Assembly (NCBI RefSeq): GCF_006345805.1
Contig: NC_043002.1
Span: forward strand, 34,410,001-34,474,000
Length of the DNA stretch: 64,000 nucleotides
Source: Octopus sinensis
Lineage: Eukaryota
Direction of reading: 5' to 3'
The notes beneath the pieces are model-generated. The model made no database searches, was not told the origin of the DNA, and saw only the letters and a list, made by a program, of their open reading frames with translations. The number at the start of each line of letters is the position of its first letter. Within the stretch, counting starts at the first letter, position 1. Shown piece after piece: positions 13,849-26,564 of the stretch. The position numbers and the translations under genes are program-made.

Positions 13849-13961
13849 TGTGTTGAGGAGAGGTTAGAGAAAGTGCACGCACGCAGGTGGGTGTATAGTT
13901 ACGTATGTGAGTATGAGTGGGTCACTGTGTATCCATGTACGGGTATGTATGTATGTATGTA

Positions 13962-15174
13962 CAGGGGTTGAACAAAATAATGGAAATATAATTTTGTTCT
14001 ATAATGGCATCATAATTTTGAAATATCTATAAAACCGTCAAAAGCTTGTTTTTTTATGTTTTTTTATTTATTATTAGTGTTGCTTAGTATGTTTTGCTAA
14101 AATTGCTGTTTCTTTTCAGATATCATCAGAAAAGGGTAATTAAAATTCATTAAAATGACAAATTTATCGGACTTTCAAAGAGGGCAAATTGTTGGTGCTC
14201 GTATGACAGGCGCTAGCGTAACGAGAACAGCCGAAATGTTTGGTGTATCAAGTACTGTATCGAAAGTAATGACAGCCTTTGAGAAAGAGGGAAAAACCTC
14301 CTCGTCGAAACAAAACTCCGGAAGAAAACCAAAATTTACAGATAGGGACCGTCGGACTCTTACGCGAATTGTTAGAAAGGATCACAAAAGTACAGCTCCC
14401 AAAATTACTGCAGAGCTTAATGATCACCTCAAGAACTCAGTTTCCACAAAAACTTTTCGCCGGGAGCTGCACAAAGCCGGATTTCACGGGAGGGTTGCGA
14501 TCAGAAAACCACTATTTTCAAGAACAAACGTTGCAAAGCGTATAGAGTGGAGTAAAAACCTACAGAATTGGTCCCCAGAGCAGTGGAAGAATGTTATTTT
14601 CTCAGACGAGTCATCCTTTACTTTATTTCCGACCACCGGCTGAGTATACATTTGGAGGCAGCCAAAAGAAACATTTGACCCAGACTGCCTTCTTACAACT
14701 GTTAAACATGGAGGAGGATCTGTGGGGCTATATCTTGGAAATCTTTCGGCCCAATGGTTTCCCTCCATGGCAGAATTAAGAGTCAAGACTATTTAAGCAT
14801 TTTATCTTATCGAATTCATTCTATGGTTGCAGAACTGTTTCCGGAGGGAAACGCAATCTTTCAGGATGATATTGCACCAATTCACACAGCTAATGTTGTT
14901 ACTGAATGGCACGAGGAACATTCTAGTGAAGTTGAACATCTTATCTGGCCACCGTAGTCCCCAGACCTCAAAATTATTGAACATTTATGGTGCATTTTAG
15001 AAAAACAAGTAAGGAGTCGATATCCTACACCATCATCACTACAAGAACTGAAGACAGTTTTAGCTGAAGAATGGACAAAGTCCCTTTGGATTACTGCCAA
15101 AGGCAGTCCTACCCCATTTTAGAATAAATTTGTTTGAAATTTTAAGTTGTTTCCATTAATTTGTCCAATCCCTG
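13962..15174 (+). mobile_element. Tc1-family DNA transposon with DD36E spacing (Incomer-like), 1213 bp
   Basis: 25-bp TIRs caggggttgaacaaaataatggaaa / tttccattaatttgtccaatccctg (3 mismatches); TA at 13960-13961; transposase inside. Confidence 0.92.
14155..15090 (+). pseudogene. Tc1 transposase pseudogene
   Basis: Paired-like HTH N-terminus, GRKPK, IFSDES, TVKHGGGSV, FQDD and WPP*SPDLKIIEHLW; stops at 14641 and 14955 plus a frameshift. Confidence 0.92.
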
Positions 15175-15305
15175 TTTGTATGTTTAGCTAAATAAACAGA
15201 TGAAAGAAAACTCAATACTTGAAACGAATTACAAGTATAGCAGAGAATGCCACAAGATTCTAGAACAAGGCTCTGGAATTTCATAGAAAAGGACTATTCA
15301 TACGC

Positions 15306-15625
15306 AAGGCGAGCTGTCAGAAACGTTAGCACGCCGGGCGAAATGCTTAGCGTTCTGAGTTCAAATTGATGTTTGTGATATTAATGTTTGTGAATATGTA
15401 TGTGTCCGTGTGTGTGAGTATGCGTGTGCACACATGACACATTAGTAACCCTATCCAGGGAAGTAGTGACACGATATCTCTGAGGTCGACTTTGCCTTTC
15501 ATTCTTTCGGGGTCTATTAAATAAGTACCAGTCACGCTCTGAAGTCAATATAATCGACTTAATCCGTTTGTCTGTCCTTGTTTGTCCCCTCTGTGTAGCC
15601 CCTTGTGGGCAGTAAAGAAATAAGA
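15306..15625 (+). mobile_element. SINE family B (alternative 3' tail) interrupted by a ~110-bp insertion
   Basis: Head runs to 15367 and resumes at 15480 with ctgaggtcgactttgcc; tail is tttgtctgtccttgtttgtcccctct. Confidence 0.8.
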
Positions 15626-16063
15626 AAAGGACTTTTCATACTCAAAGCTTCTAGCTCTGAAATATTCCTGAGAATATCACTGGATTTACTCAAGGCAGTG
15701 GTGCTCAGCCATTTATTGCTTATTGACCTCTTTGATTTCTGTTTTATTCGGATGGCCTCTCACACCCATTCAATGCTTAAATAAATTCTTTTGTATTTTT
15801 ATAGTTGAATATTATTAGGAATTGTATGAAAAAAAATTGCTAAAATATTTTGTGTATTGTTTGAAATATAACCAATTTATTGAACCTAAATTTTGACCAC
15901 AAAGGATCGTGTTGAGAATCACTGTTCGAGAATGTCCTGGAAATGGACTTTTGAAACAGAAAAATTTTAGACATTCGATTAATTCCCTTAGTATTTCAGT
16001 GAATACTACAAACATACTTTAGTGGGCACGCGAGCTTCAGCGCGCAAATTTGTATGTGTAAGT

Positions 16064-16338
16064 GGAGGCACATGGCCTAGTGGTTAGAGCAGTGGACTCG
16101 CAGTCGAGGGATCACGGGTTCGAATCTCAGACCAGGAACACCTAAGCTCCACGCGGCTCCGGTAGAAGATAATGGCGAACTTCTGATGACTCTTTCGCCA
16201 CAACTTTCTCTCACTCTTTCCTCCTGTATCTTGCAGTTCACCGGCGACGGACTGGCGTCCCGTCCCGGTGGGGGACCTATACGCCAAGGAAACCAGGAAA
16301 CCGGCCCTATGACCCAGGCATAGCTCGAGAAGGAACAA
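16064..16338 (+). mobile_element. tRNA-derived SINE family C
   Basis: A box tggcctagtgg, B box ggttcgaatct; body contains gcgacggactggcgtcccgtcc. Confidence 0.75.
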
Positions 16339-16888
16339 ATAATATAACGTATAAACATGAACACATAGCTACATCTATAACTTTGCTCTCAAAAGATATT
16401 TAAAGCCTTTATAGTGTGTTATGTAATTGATTGAATGCAAATACTGACTCAAATATAATCACATAGAGTCATTCAGGTTCATATACACAAATGCACAAAG
16501 CTTAAGCAACACTGCATATGAGTACAAATTTTGTTGCACTCACCTAGGACACATACATATATACATAAACATTCGCGCGCACACATACATACACGCATAT
16601 ACATATACACATATGTGTAGGCCTATATATATCACGAGACATTAATGTTTGTGAACATGTATATGTCCGAGTGTGTGAGTATGCGTGCGCACTCATGAAA
16701 CATTAATAACCCTATCTAGGGGAGTGGTGAAACAATATCACAATGTACTCCCTTGTAATATTATCTAACGATTCGGTTAATTATAGTTTAAATGAGTTCA
16801 GGGTTAAACTTGACACTAACATCCCGACATCACACAATACGTAAGGGCTACCATATCTCTCTCTCTCTATCTCTCTCTCTCTCTCCTC

Positions 16889-16927
<39 letters not shown>

Positions 16928-17132
16928 GTCTGTCTATCTTTATACACACACACACACGTACACACACACACATGCACGCACGCGCATCTACTCATTCATC
17001 TATTTATCTATCTTTCCATCTGCATTTAGATGTCTGTCGTTTTGTCAATATATCATGTATATATTATTCATTAAGGCATACAAATACTTATATACGTACA
17101 TGTGCAAAACAGCTTATATATACACACATACA

Positions 17133-17164
<32 letters not shown>

Positions 17165-17178
17165 AATACATATATAAA

Positions 17179-17249
<71 letters not shown>

Positions 17250-17316
17250 TTATGTATGTATGTATGTATACATATAAATACACACACACACATACACACA
17301 CGTATTGGAAAAAATC

Positions 17317-17467
17317 GTCAGAATTTTGGCAAAAAACTATTTTATTTCTTCATTATTACGATCGCTTTCTCTAGAACTTGTCAAATACAAGTTCTAAAGT
17401 TCTAGAGAGGAACGAAAGCGCTAATAATAATGAAGAAATAAAAGGATATTTTTTCCAAAACTCTGAC
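17317..17467. repeat. Imperfect inverted repeat (hairpin)
   Basis: gtcagaattttgg..ttttatttcttcattatta..tctctagaactt pairs with aagttctagaga..taataatgaagaaataaaa..ccaaaactctgac. Confidence 0.75.
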
Positions 17468-17529
17468 AACTTTTATTTCTCAGTATTCAATTCTGTACAT
17501 CACACCTAACACTCTATACATACATACAT

Positions 17530-17638
<109 letters not shown>

Positions 17639-17819
17639 ATCCAAACAAGAAAACACAAAAAAAAAACAGCAACGCGAGGACGTGGAACAAATAAAGTATT
17701 ATTGGACGCTCAGGAAAGAAGGGAGTATGTATATACACATAAATACATATATATATATACCAACATATGTACATATATACAAGCACAAGTAAATACATAC
17801 ATATATAAATATATACATC

Positions 17820-17891
<72 letters not shown>

Positions 17892-18305
17892 GCACACACG
17901 CACACACTCATACACTCATACATAGCTATACATATACATACACAGACATGCATTCATACGTACAGACAGACATACATTCATACATTCATACATGAACATA
18001 CATACATGCAACCACATACGCATGCTTTCATACATACATGAAGAAAAATACACATATACAAATATTATGCGTGCATAATTGTGTCTGTTTGTTGTCTATA
18101 CGTGTAGATATATACATATATCTGTATACGCACGGACAAATGCATAGATATATACAAGTACATTTGTTGCTCTTTCTCTTATCTCTCTCTCGTTCTCACC
18201 CCCCTCTCTCTCTCTCTGTATATATATATATATATATATATATTTTCTCCTTTGTACGTATATATATATACATATATATATGTATATTATGTATATATAT
18301 ATATA

Positions 18306-18497
18306 AATCCTTAAAATCCTTTAAAATGTTTTAGCCCGAAGGCCGCGGCCATGCTGGGGCACCACCACTGAATGAGCTACACTAATATGTGAGTCCACCT
18401 CTGATACGTGGCACTTGGTCAACAAGGGAGTTCGATGCCGCTACCTGCATCTGTGTCTCCTGTCGTGAGGCAGGTTCATCTGGGACCCTCGACAAGA

Positions 18498-18500
<3 letters not shown>
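18306..18500 (-). mobile_element. 3' end of a CR1/L2-group LINE
   Basis: Minus strand translates FLSRVPDEPASRQETQMQVAASNSLVDQVPRIRGGLTY*, followed by a 3' UTR hairpin and a (ttttaagga)-like repeat tail. Clade assignment is from recall of the VPDEP..SNSL motif. Confidence 0.65.
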
Positions 18501-18540
<40 letters not shown>

Positions 18541-18906
18541 GTGTGTGTGTGTGTGTGTGTATATACAAGATTTTTAATGGTGATAAAGCTCCAATATATA
18601 GTACAACTGTTTTTTCGGTCGTATATGAGGTAAAGATTAATAAAATTTAATTTTAAAATTTAACAAAATATGGTATAAGATTAAAATTTCAGATATTTGT
18701 CTTAAACATTTAGACAAGCAAATTCATAATTCAGATGTATGGCATGAGATATTATTCCATTGAAATAACCACATATTTATATTAAGACATACATGATAAG
18801 GATATAGAAGTATAAGAATATAAACATAAAAAATAAAAAAACATATAAAAGGAGTACCATGAAGGTATAAAATATAGTTAAAATACTTTAAAGGAAGTGA
18901 TTGAAA

Positions 18907-19000
<94 letters not shown>

Positions 19001-19001
19001 C

Positions 19002-19046
<45 letters not shown>

Positions 19047-19427
19047 CATACATACATATATATACATGTATGTATACGTGTATACATACATGTATATATA
19101 TATGCATATATATAAGTATATATATATATGTATATATGTATATATATGTGTGTGTGTATACATACATGTATATATATACATATATATATATATATACATA
19201 TATATGATTTATACTATTATTTGGTCGAACGCTACGTATCCATCTCCAAGTTATATATATATATATATATATATAAACATATTCATACATACTTAAATAT
19301 ATATGTATATATGCATATATGTATGTATATGTGTATATGTGTGTATATATATATTATATACACACACATATATATGCATACTTATATATATGTATGTGTA
19401 TATATACATATATGTATATATATGTGC

Positions 19428-19488
<61 letters not shown>

Positions 19489-19829
19489 CGCAGATATATG
19501 TGCATTTATATATATATATATATGCATACATACATACATACGTACGTACCTGCATACAAACATACATACATACATGCATACATACATACATACATACATA
19601 CATACATACATACATACATACATACATACATACATACATACATACATACATGTATGCATGCATAGGCGTGATCTATATTTGTAAGCATACACACAAACAT
19701 ATATATAATTGAGTCTGACAAGTGGCCTATACGGCTAAGCGCTTTTATAGGTGCAAACCGTGCAAAGCGAATGGTCACTCTGCGTGTTCTACACACACAC
19801 ACACACACATAATACACGCACACACATAG

Positions 19830-19878
<49 letters not shown>

Positions 19879-20378
19879 GGGAGGGAGAGAGAAAGAGAGA
19901 GAGATGCATGTATGTATGTATGTATGTATGTATGTATGTATGTATGTATGTATGTATGTATGTATGTATTTATGTATGTGTATATGTATGTTTGAAGCAT
20001 GTTTATTTGTTTTAAGTCACTGAAATAGACATAAAAACCATTACTCTTTTTACATCGCAAACTTGCATTTAATTTCTACAGGAAATGCTTTCGCTTATTC
20101 TTGGCATACGATAATGTACTAATAAATATGCCTAAGTGTCGTATCAGATACGATTCAGATGTCATTTTTGATAGAGCTGACAGATCGCCATTATCCTGGG
20201 GCCAAACAATATGCCACATGCTGCTCTCTTAACCTGACTACAGATATTCCAATATCGCTGTTATCGGCTATTAATGGCGCTAACTTTAAAAAACCTTCGA
20301 AAATGATGATGGAAAAAAGACCATCTTTAAATTAATTTGAAGACTATATTTTCTAGATTATATTTATGAACGAAACGT

Positions 20379-20548
20379 AGGCGTAGGAGCGGCTGTCTGG
20401 TAAGTAGCTTGCTAACGAACCACATGGTTCCGGGTTCAGTTGCACTGCGTGGCACCTTGGGCAAATGTATTCTACTATAGCCTTGGGCCGACCAAAGCCT
20501 TGTGAGTGGATTTGGTAGACGGAAACTGAAAGAAGCCCGTCGTATATG

Positions 20549-20583
<35 letters not shown>

Positions 20584-21173
20584 TTGTGTGTGTGCTTGTG
20601 TTTCTGTGTTTGTCCCCCCATCATCGCTTGACAACCGATGCTGGTGTGTTTACCTCCCTGTAACTTAGCGGTTCGGCAAAAGAGACCGATAGAATAAGTA
20701 CTGGGCTTACAAAGAATAAGTCCTGGGGTCGATTTGGTCGACTAAAGGCGGTGATTCAGCATGGCCGCAGTCAAATGACTGAAACAAGTAAAAGAGTAAA
20801 AGAGAAACACTTGGCTTTGCAGCCACATGATTTCAAGTTCAGTCCTACTGAGTGGTACCTTGGTCAAGTGTCTTCAATCATAGCCCCCAGGCCATCCAAT
20901 TACCTTGTGAATAAATTTGGTTGACAGAAACTACGTGAATTCCATCGTGTGTGTTTGTGTGTGTGTGTATGTGTATGGGTGTGTGTGTGTCTTTGTGTTT
21001 GTGTATATCACCACCTGCTCCCGTTTGACCGGTGCTATTTTGTTAACGAGACCGATAGAATAAGTACTAGACTTTAAAATATATATTGGATTCGATTTGT
21101 TCGACTAAACCCTTCCAAGCGGTGCCACAGATTGGCCGCAGTTCAATGAGAGAACCAGTCAAAAGTTAAAAGA
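20379..21173 (+). mobile_element. Two tandem SINE family A copies (20379-20805 younger; 20806-21173 more diverged)
   Basis: Same head, body and tail as the copy at 8434. Confidence 0.85.
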
Positions 21174-21651
21174 ATGGTGTGAGAAAACACACGACTCTCA
21201 AACAAAAATTATTAATGTGGAGTAATCAAAAATGCGAGTACTGATTGAGAATCGAAACTGCATCCCTCGTTGCCGTTCCTTTGCAATTACCTTTATACTA
21301 TTTATCAATGTCGGATTACAGCTTCCACTTTTTTCTGAACACCAGAATCGAAAACTTAGATTTATTATCTTTTTATCTCCTCCGATATACAGTTAATGCT
21401 TCACCTGCGTATTTTGACTTCGCTTCGCTCAGATGCAAGTCTCTTAATTCGTGACTTAGTCAAGAGAGGTTGAATTCATGACCTTTATTGTGGTCCCGTG
21501 ATGGATGACTGACAGGGAGACAGTTTTTCTTAGAGTAAAGAACTGGCATAAATGCCTACAAAAGAGTGGTCACCGGTAAAGTCAATCAAGGGCCAGCTGC
21601 TTGTTTTATAAGCAAACTTACACACACGAACTCATATACATATACACACGT

Positions 21652-21742
<91 letters not shown>

Positions 21743-21745
<3 letters not shown>

Positions 21746-21921
21746 GAAATTTACAGAAAAACAAAAGACGAAAACAGATGTATAAACAACAAACATGTAT
21801 CAGTTTAACGCTCGTGAAAGTGAGGCAGTCGTTTACGTTTCGAGCCTACGCTCTTCAACAGAAAGGAACACAGAAATAAACAGAGAGAGAATAAAGAAAC
21901 TTTAGGGGTTAGCGGTCAGTC

Positions 21922-21922
<1 letters not shown>
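21743..21922 (-). mobile_element. Penelope-like terminal fragment with hammerhead (21830-21865)
   Basis: Minus strand reads cttt CTGTTGA a gagc-gtag-gctc GAAA CG TA; core identical to that at 12335; flanked by (TA)n on both sides. Confidence 0.75.
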
Positions 21923-21960
<38 letters not shown>

Positions 21961-22488
21961 CACATTAATTGAAATCGGATGAATGAGCAGAAATTCTAAG
22001 CCCCCGGACCAATAACAAAAAGAATTCAACTGTCCATTTCAAGCAATGTACGCGATGGTCATTTAAAATACCGGGCAGTTTCTATGACCCTCGGGTAAGT
22101 AAGACTCACTGATGAGAACTAAGTCGTATTTTCACAAAGATTGAAATCGTGATGATACGGGTATCTTTGGCCTTTCAATTTACTATTGTTTCCGTTATTG
22201 GTACGGAGGCTTATTTTACTTCAAATCAACCCTGATACAGCAAACCTATAATCATAGACATTCCAGCCTGGTAAAAATCTCTGCCATTAATTTGGTGTGG
22301 ATGGGTAATATCAAATAATTCAATCACAACATATATTTAAATTAAACATGAAAAAAATTGAAATGCTATCATCACTTACATGGAAAAATTGAAATATTAT
22401 GTATCAGTATTTTATAAGGTAAAATTTTTAATTATTAATTGACACATTATAAATTATCGTATAACAGCAATGCCTGGAAAAATCATGG

Positions 22489-22982
22489 ATTACATGGGAA
22501 AATGCGAGCATTAAAAGTAATATTCTTAAAATTATAAACCTGGAAAAGTGCAGGACAAGTTATTGCACCTGTCAAAGTATAGGACAAGCTATTACATCTA
22601 GTAAAGTAACGAACAAGAAACTTTTAACTTAAAATATTGCAGCTAAAATTAAAATTTGAATATTAAAAATTATTTTATTATAGTTTACAAATAACACTAT
22701 ACTTATTTAAGTAGAATTTGGCTAATTTACTACAGAAAAATACAGAAAAAAAGTGACTAATTAGACAAACTTATAAATCAGCTGAATAGTTTTGTACAAT
22801 GAATTTAAAAGATGAGAACTGTAAAGAATGATAAATTAGAAGAACTGGCATTCTTTGCCGCAATATTTTAAGTAAAAAGTTTCTTATTCTTTGCTTTACT
22901 AGAAATAATAACTTGTCCTATACTTTTCCAGCTTTGTAATCTTAAGAATATTACTTTTCATGCTCGCGTTTTTCCATGTAAT
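22489..22982. repeat. Diverged inverted repeat, arms 22489-22643 and 22857-22982
   Basis: attacatgggaaaatgcgagcattaaaagtaatattcttaa.. versus ..ttaagaatattacttttcatgctcgcgtttttccatgtaat; the right arm abuts (TA)n. Confidence 0.8.
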
Positions 22983-23019
22983 ATATATATATATATATAT
23001 ATATACATACATACATTCA

Positions 23020-23094
<75 letters not shown>

Positions 23095-24108
23095 GAATTG
23101 AATTGAATTGAACCGGTTTCCTCCCATGAGCTGTGGCCATACATACGTATGTACATCTCTGTATTATGTATATATAATAAATGTACATATATGTAATATA
23201 CTGGTGTGTGTGTGTGTGTGTGTGTGTGTATGAATATAAGTTTATATCATGGAAATCGGCATGGAGCTGTATTTTGACCATTTAAATCCCAGATTTTGCA
23301 ATCCTTTCAAGACTAAAGCACTTCGGAAGATTCTTTCCCGATCTTTGATACGCAGCCTCATTCCCCCACCGAAGTCAATTACTGCAGTTTTCTTGCAAGA
23401 TTAGTAGAGCATTTCTGGCAGAAAATTGGTTTGGAATATAGACAACTGAAGAAAGCCATTAGGGCGATAGCTACAGCCACTGAGAGAAACTCAAGTTGTG
23501 GCTAACAAGAGACTGTAGATGTAACCCTTCTGTAGTTGAAGACCAATTCAATCCTCGTCTCGTTAAGGCGAAGTGTACAAAGTAAGCGACCCTGAGTTAT
23601 TTGCCGCATATACATATACACAGGTGTTTCAAATAATGCGATCAGGAGAAGCGCCTGCAACACCTTTAAGTAACTTCTGCAGTTTCTGGTTAGAGCAAAG
23701 CATCTTTAAAGTCTATTTTATCTATGTTTCTGTATATACATAATACATTAATGCATATGCACATACGCATGTGTACAGATATACAGACATGCACATATTA
23801 TATAGGCAGGGTTAAAATCCAAGCTGTGTCTTCTATACAATTTGATTTGCTCTTCATTCTTTGTCCAAACTATCTATACGATTCTTGATTACTATGTCTG
23901 TATATAAATGTCTAATCCAAATGTAAATTTTGTATTATTTGATTCTCGGTCTGAAGAATTTCTAGTAGGAAATTTCTTATAGGTTTATCCAACATGTACA
24001 TCTCCTATTAGTAAATGAAACATGTGTAACGGTGGAGAAATGATAGCAAAAAATTATTCCAACTACTTGTTTTGATACATGAATGTAGATGAACACAGAT
24101 AGGTAGAC

Positions 24109-24112
<4 letters not shown>

Positions 24113-24161
<49 letters not shown>

Positions 24162-24172
24162 AACAGACAGAC

Positions 24173-24258
<86 letters not shown>

Positions 24259-24268
24259 GTAGGTAGGT

Positions 24269-24350
<82 letters not shown>
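24113..24350. repeat. (AG)n-(AGAC)n-(AGAT)n compound microsatellite (representative of dozens in the window)
   Basis: Directly visible in the sequence. Confidence 0.97.
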
Positions 24351-24351
<1 letters not shown>

Positions 24352-24835
24352 TAAATATATATAAACATACAGACACAGATACATTCGTAGAAGTTCACAC
24401 TAATACATACGCAAAAAGACATGCACACACACACATGCATGCAAGCATACATGCATGCACACACACATGAATACTTATATGCATGCATGCTTACATAGGT
24501 ATATGAATGCATTCATGCTTGCAAACTCACATACATACATTAATGCATTCATGACATCATATAAGTATATGCATTTATTTTTGTTTTTGATGTACACGGA
24601 CAGAAAGATACGTGTTGTTTCTTATCTGGATATTTACGTCTAGAAATGCATATTATATATACGTATGAAACTTTCGCTGGTTCTGTATGAATTCACTACA
24701 AAGGTTCAGTACACGAAACAACTGAAACAAGCAAATCAGATAAGAAAACATTAGTGAACAACGTTTCCATACTCGACAGAAATCACAACAAAAATTAGCG
24801 ATTAATGATGAAAACTTTTTATAAGTTTTATAAGT

Positions 24836-24924
<89 letters not shown>

Positions 24925-26337
24925 TTACTTATGGCAAAGTAAATCTAATGAAACACACACAGACAAGCAGAAAGACAGACAGACCAACAGACAGAGTGGC
25001 AAGCAAGCAGGCAGACAGACTGACAGAGAGACACACCGACAGACAGAGTGGCAAGACAGACAGACAGACAGATAGATAGTTTTGTTCATTTTGTTCTCGA
25101 CCGAAAATTTCCAAATAAGTGTTTGTATTTTTGTTTACTTCTTATAAAAAGTAAGATATTTCTTCATATGTATGTAAATACACATGTATGCATTTATGTA
25201 TGGATACATGTACGCATTTATGTATATACGTACGTACTGTGCATTTATGAAGGTATGAAAATATGTATGCCTGCATATACGTAAATTTTACGGTAGAATA
25301 TTGTCGCTCGAAATGCAAAAAAAAAAAAAAGATAGCAGCCAATTTAAAATAGGCAATAGGATCAGTCGTTAATTTATGTATTGGAAATAAATATAATTCC
25401 CCTTTTTGTACAACTAAAAGTTATGAAATCCTATGTGCAAATCCACACTACTCCTCAACAAACATGCCAAACGAATTCACACTCACCGACACAGAACATT
25501 TAAACACTTAAATATAACAAACTCTGTGATATACTCTAACAGATAGCCCTATTATTTAACTATCTTATACAATCTACAGCTAAATCCTCTTTAATCCGTT
25601 GCCATTATTTGTTACTATTTATAGCTACTAACCTTTTTAGTTGTATACATAAACTATTACACTCATACCTCTATAGCTCTCTATCATTATGTAACCCTGG
25701 TACTTTTAATATTAAGAGCACCAAGCGAAGGTCGAGATCTGCACATACATGTATATACCAAAACAAACACGCTCGCATATACTCATGCATATACGGACAT
25801 ATTCATGCACCTAAATATACATGTACATGCACACATCAATATACACATGTGTATAGATATACAGGTGCATGAAATTATATACCCATGCATACTGGAATGC
25901 AGTTTCAGGATCAAATGTAAGTTCAAGATCCCAAATAGGGAAGGTTCAACGCATGGTGTTTACATAAAGAAAGAACCCATTTGTGTTCTTTCTTTAACTT
26001 ATTCATGTTTTTCTTTGTGCAGGTTGCGCCGGTAACCAGCTGGCGGAGGATTTGCCTGGGGTTAAAAGGGTAGTAACGTCGAACAGCCATATTGATGTGG
26101 CGATAAACATTTACTTTTCCTTATAGTTATTACTTTCGTCTCTTACTGGGATTTTCTAAGTGACTACTTTGCTTGTTACATATGTGTGTATATGTGTGTG
26201 TGTATATATATGTGTGTATGTATGTATGTATGTATGTATGTATGTATGTATGTATGTATATATATATATATAAGGAGAGTTTACGAAAAAAACAAAACAC
26301 GAAGACAGGTGGTGTACAAAACAAACAGATGTATTAG

Positions 26338-26378
<41 letters not shown>

Positions 26379-26530
26379 ATAACACTCGACCCTTAGCACC
26401 AAACCCTGTTTTGAAATTCTCACCTGTCCCATCATACATCCATACATACATACACACATACATACATGCATACATACATACATACATACATGCATACATA
26501 CATACATACATACATACATACATACATACA

Positions 26531-26564
<34 letters not shown>

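Noticed and set aside
16064-16136. tRNA gene (also 62835-62905)
   Set aside because: A and B boxes are present, but there is no proper acceptor stem or terminator, and the sequence continues into a SINE body.
22106-22155. CTGATGA..GAAA hammerhead candidate
   Set aside because: No convincing stem II, and the cleavage position would be G.
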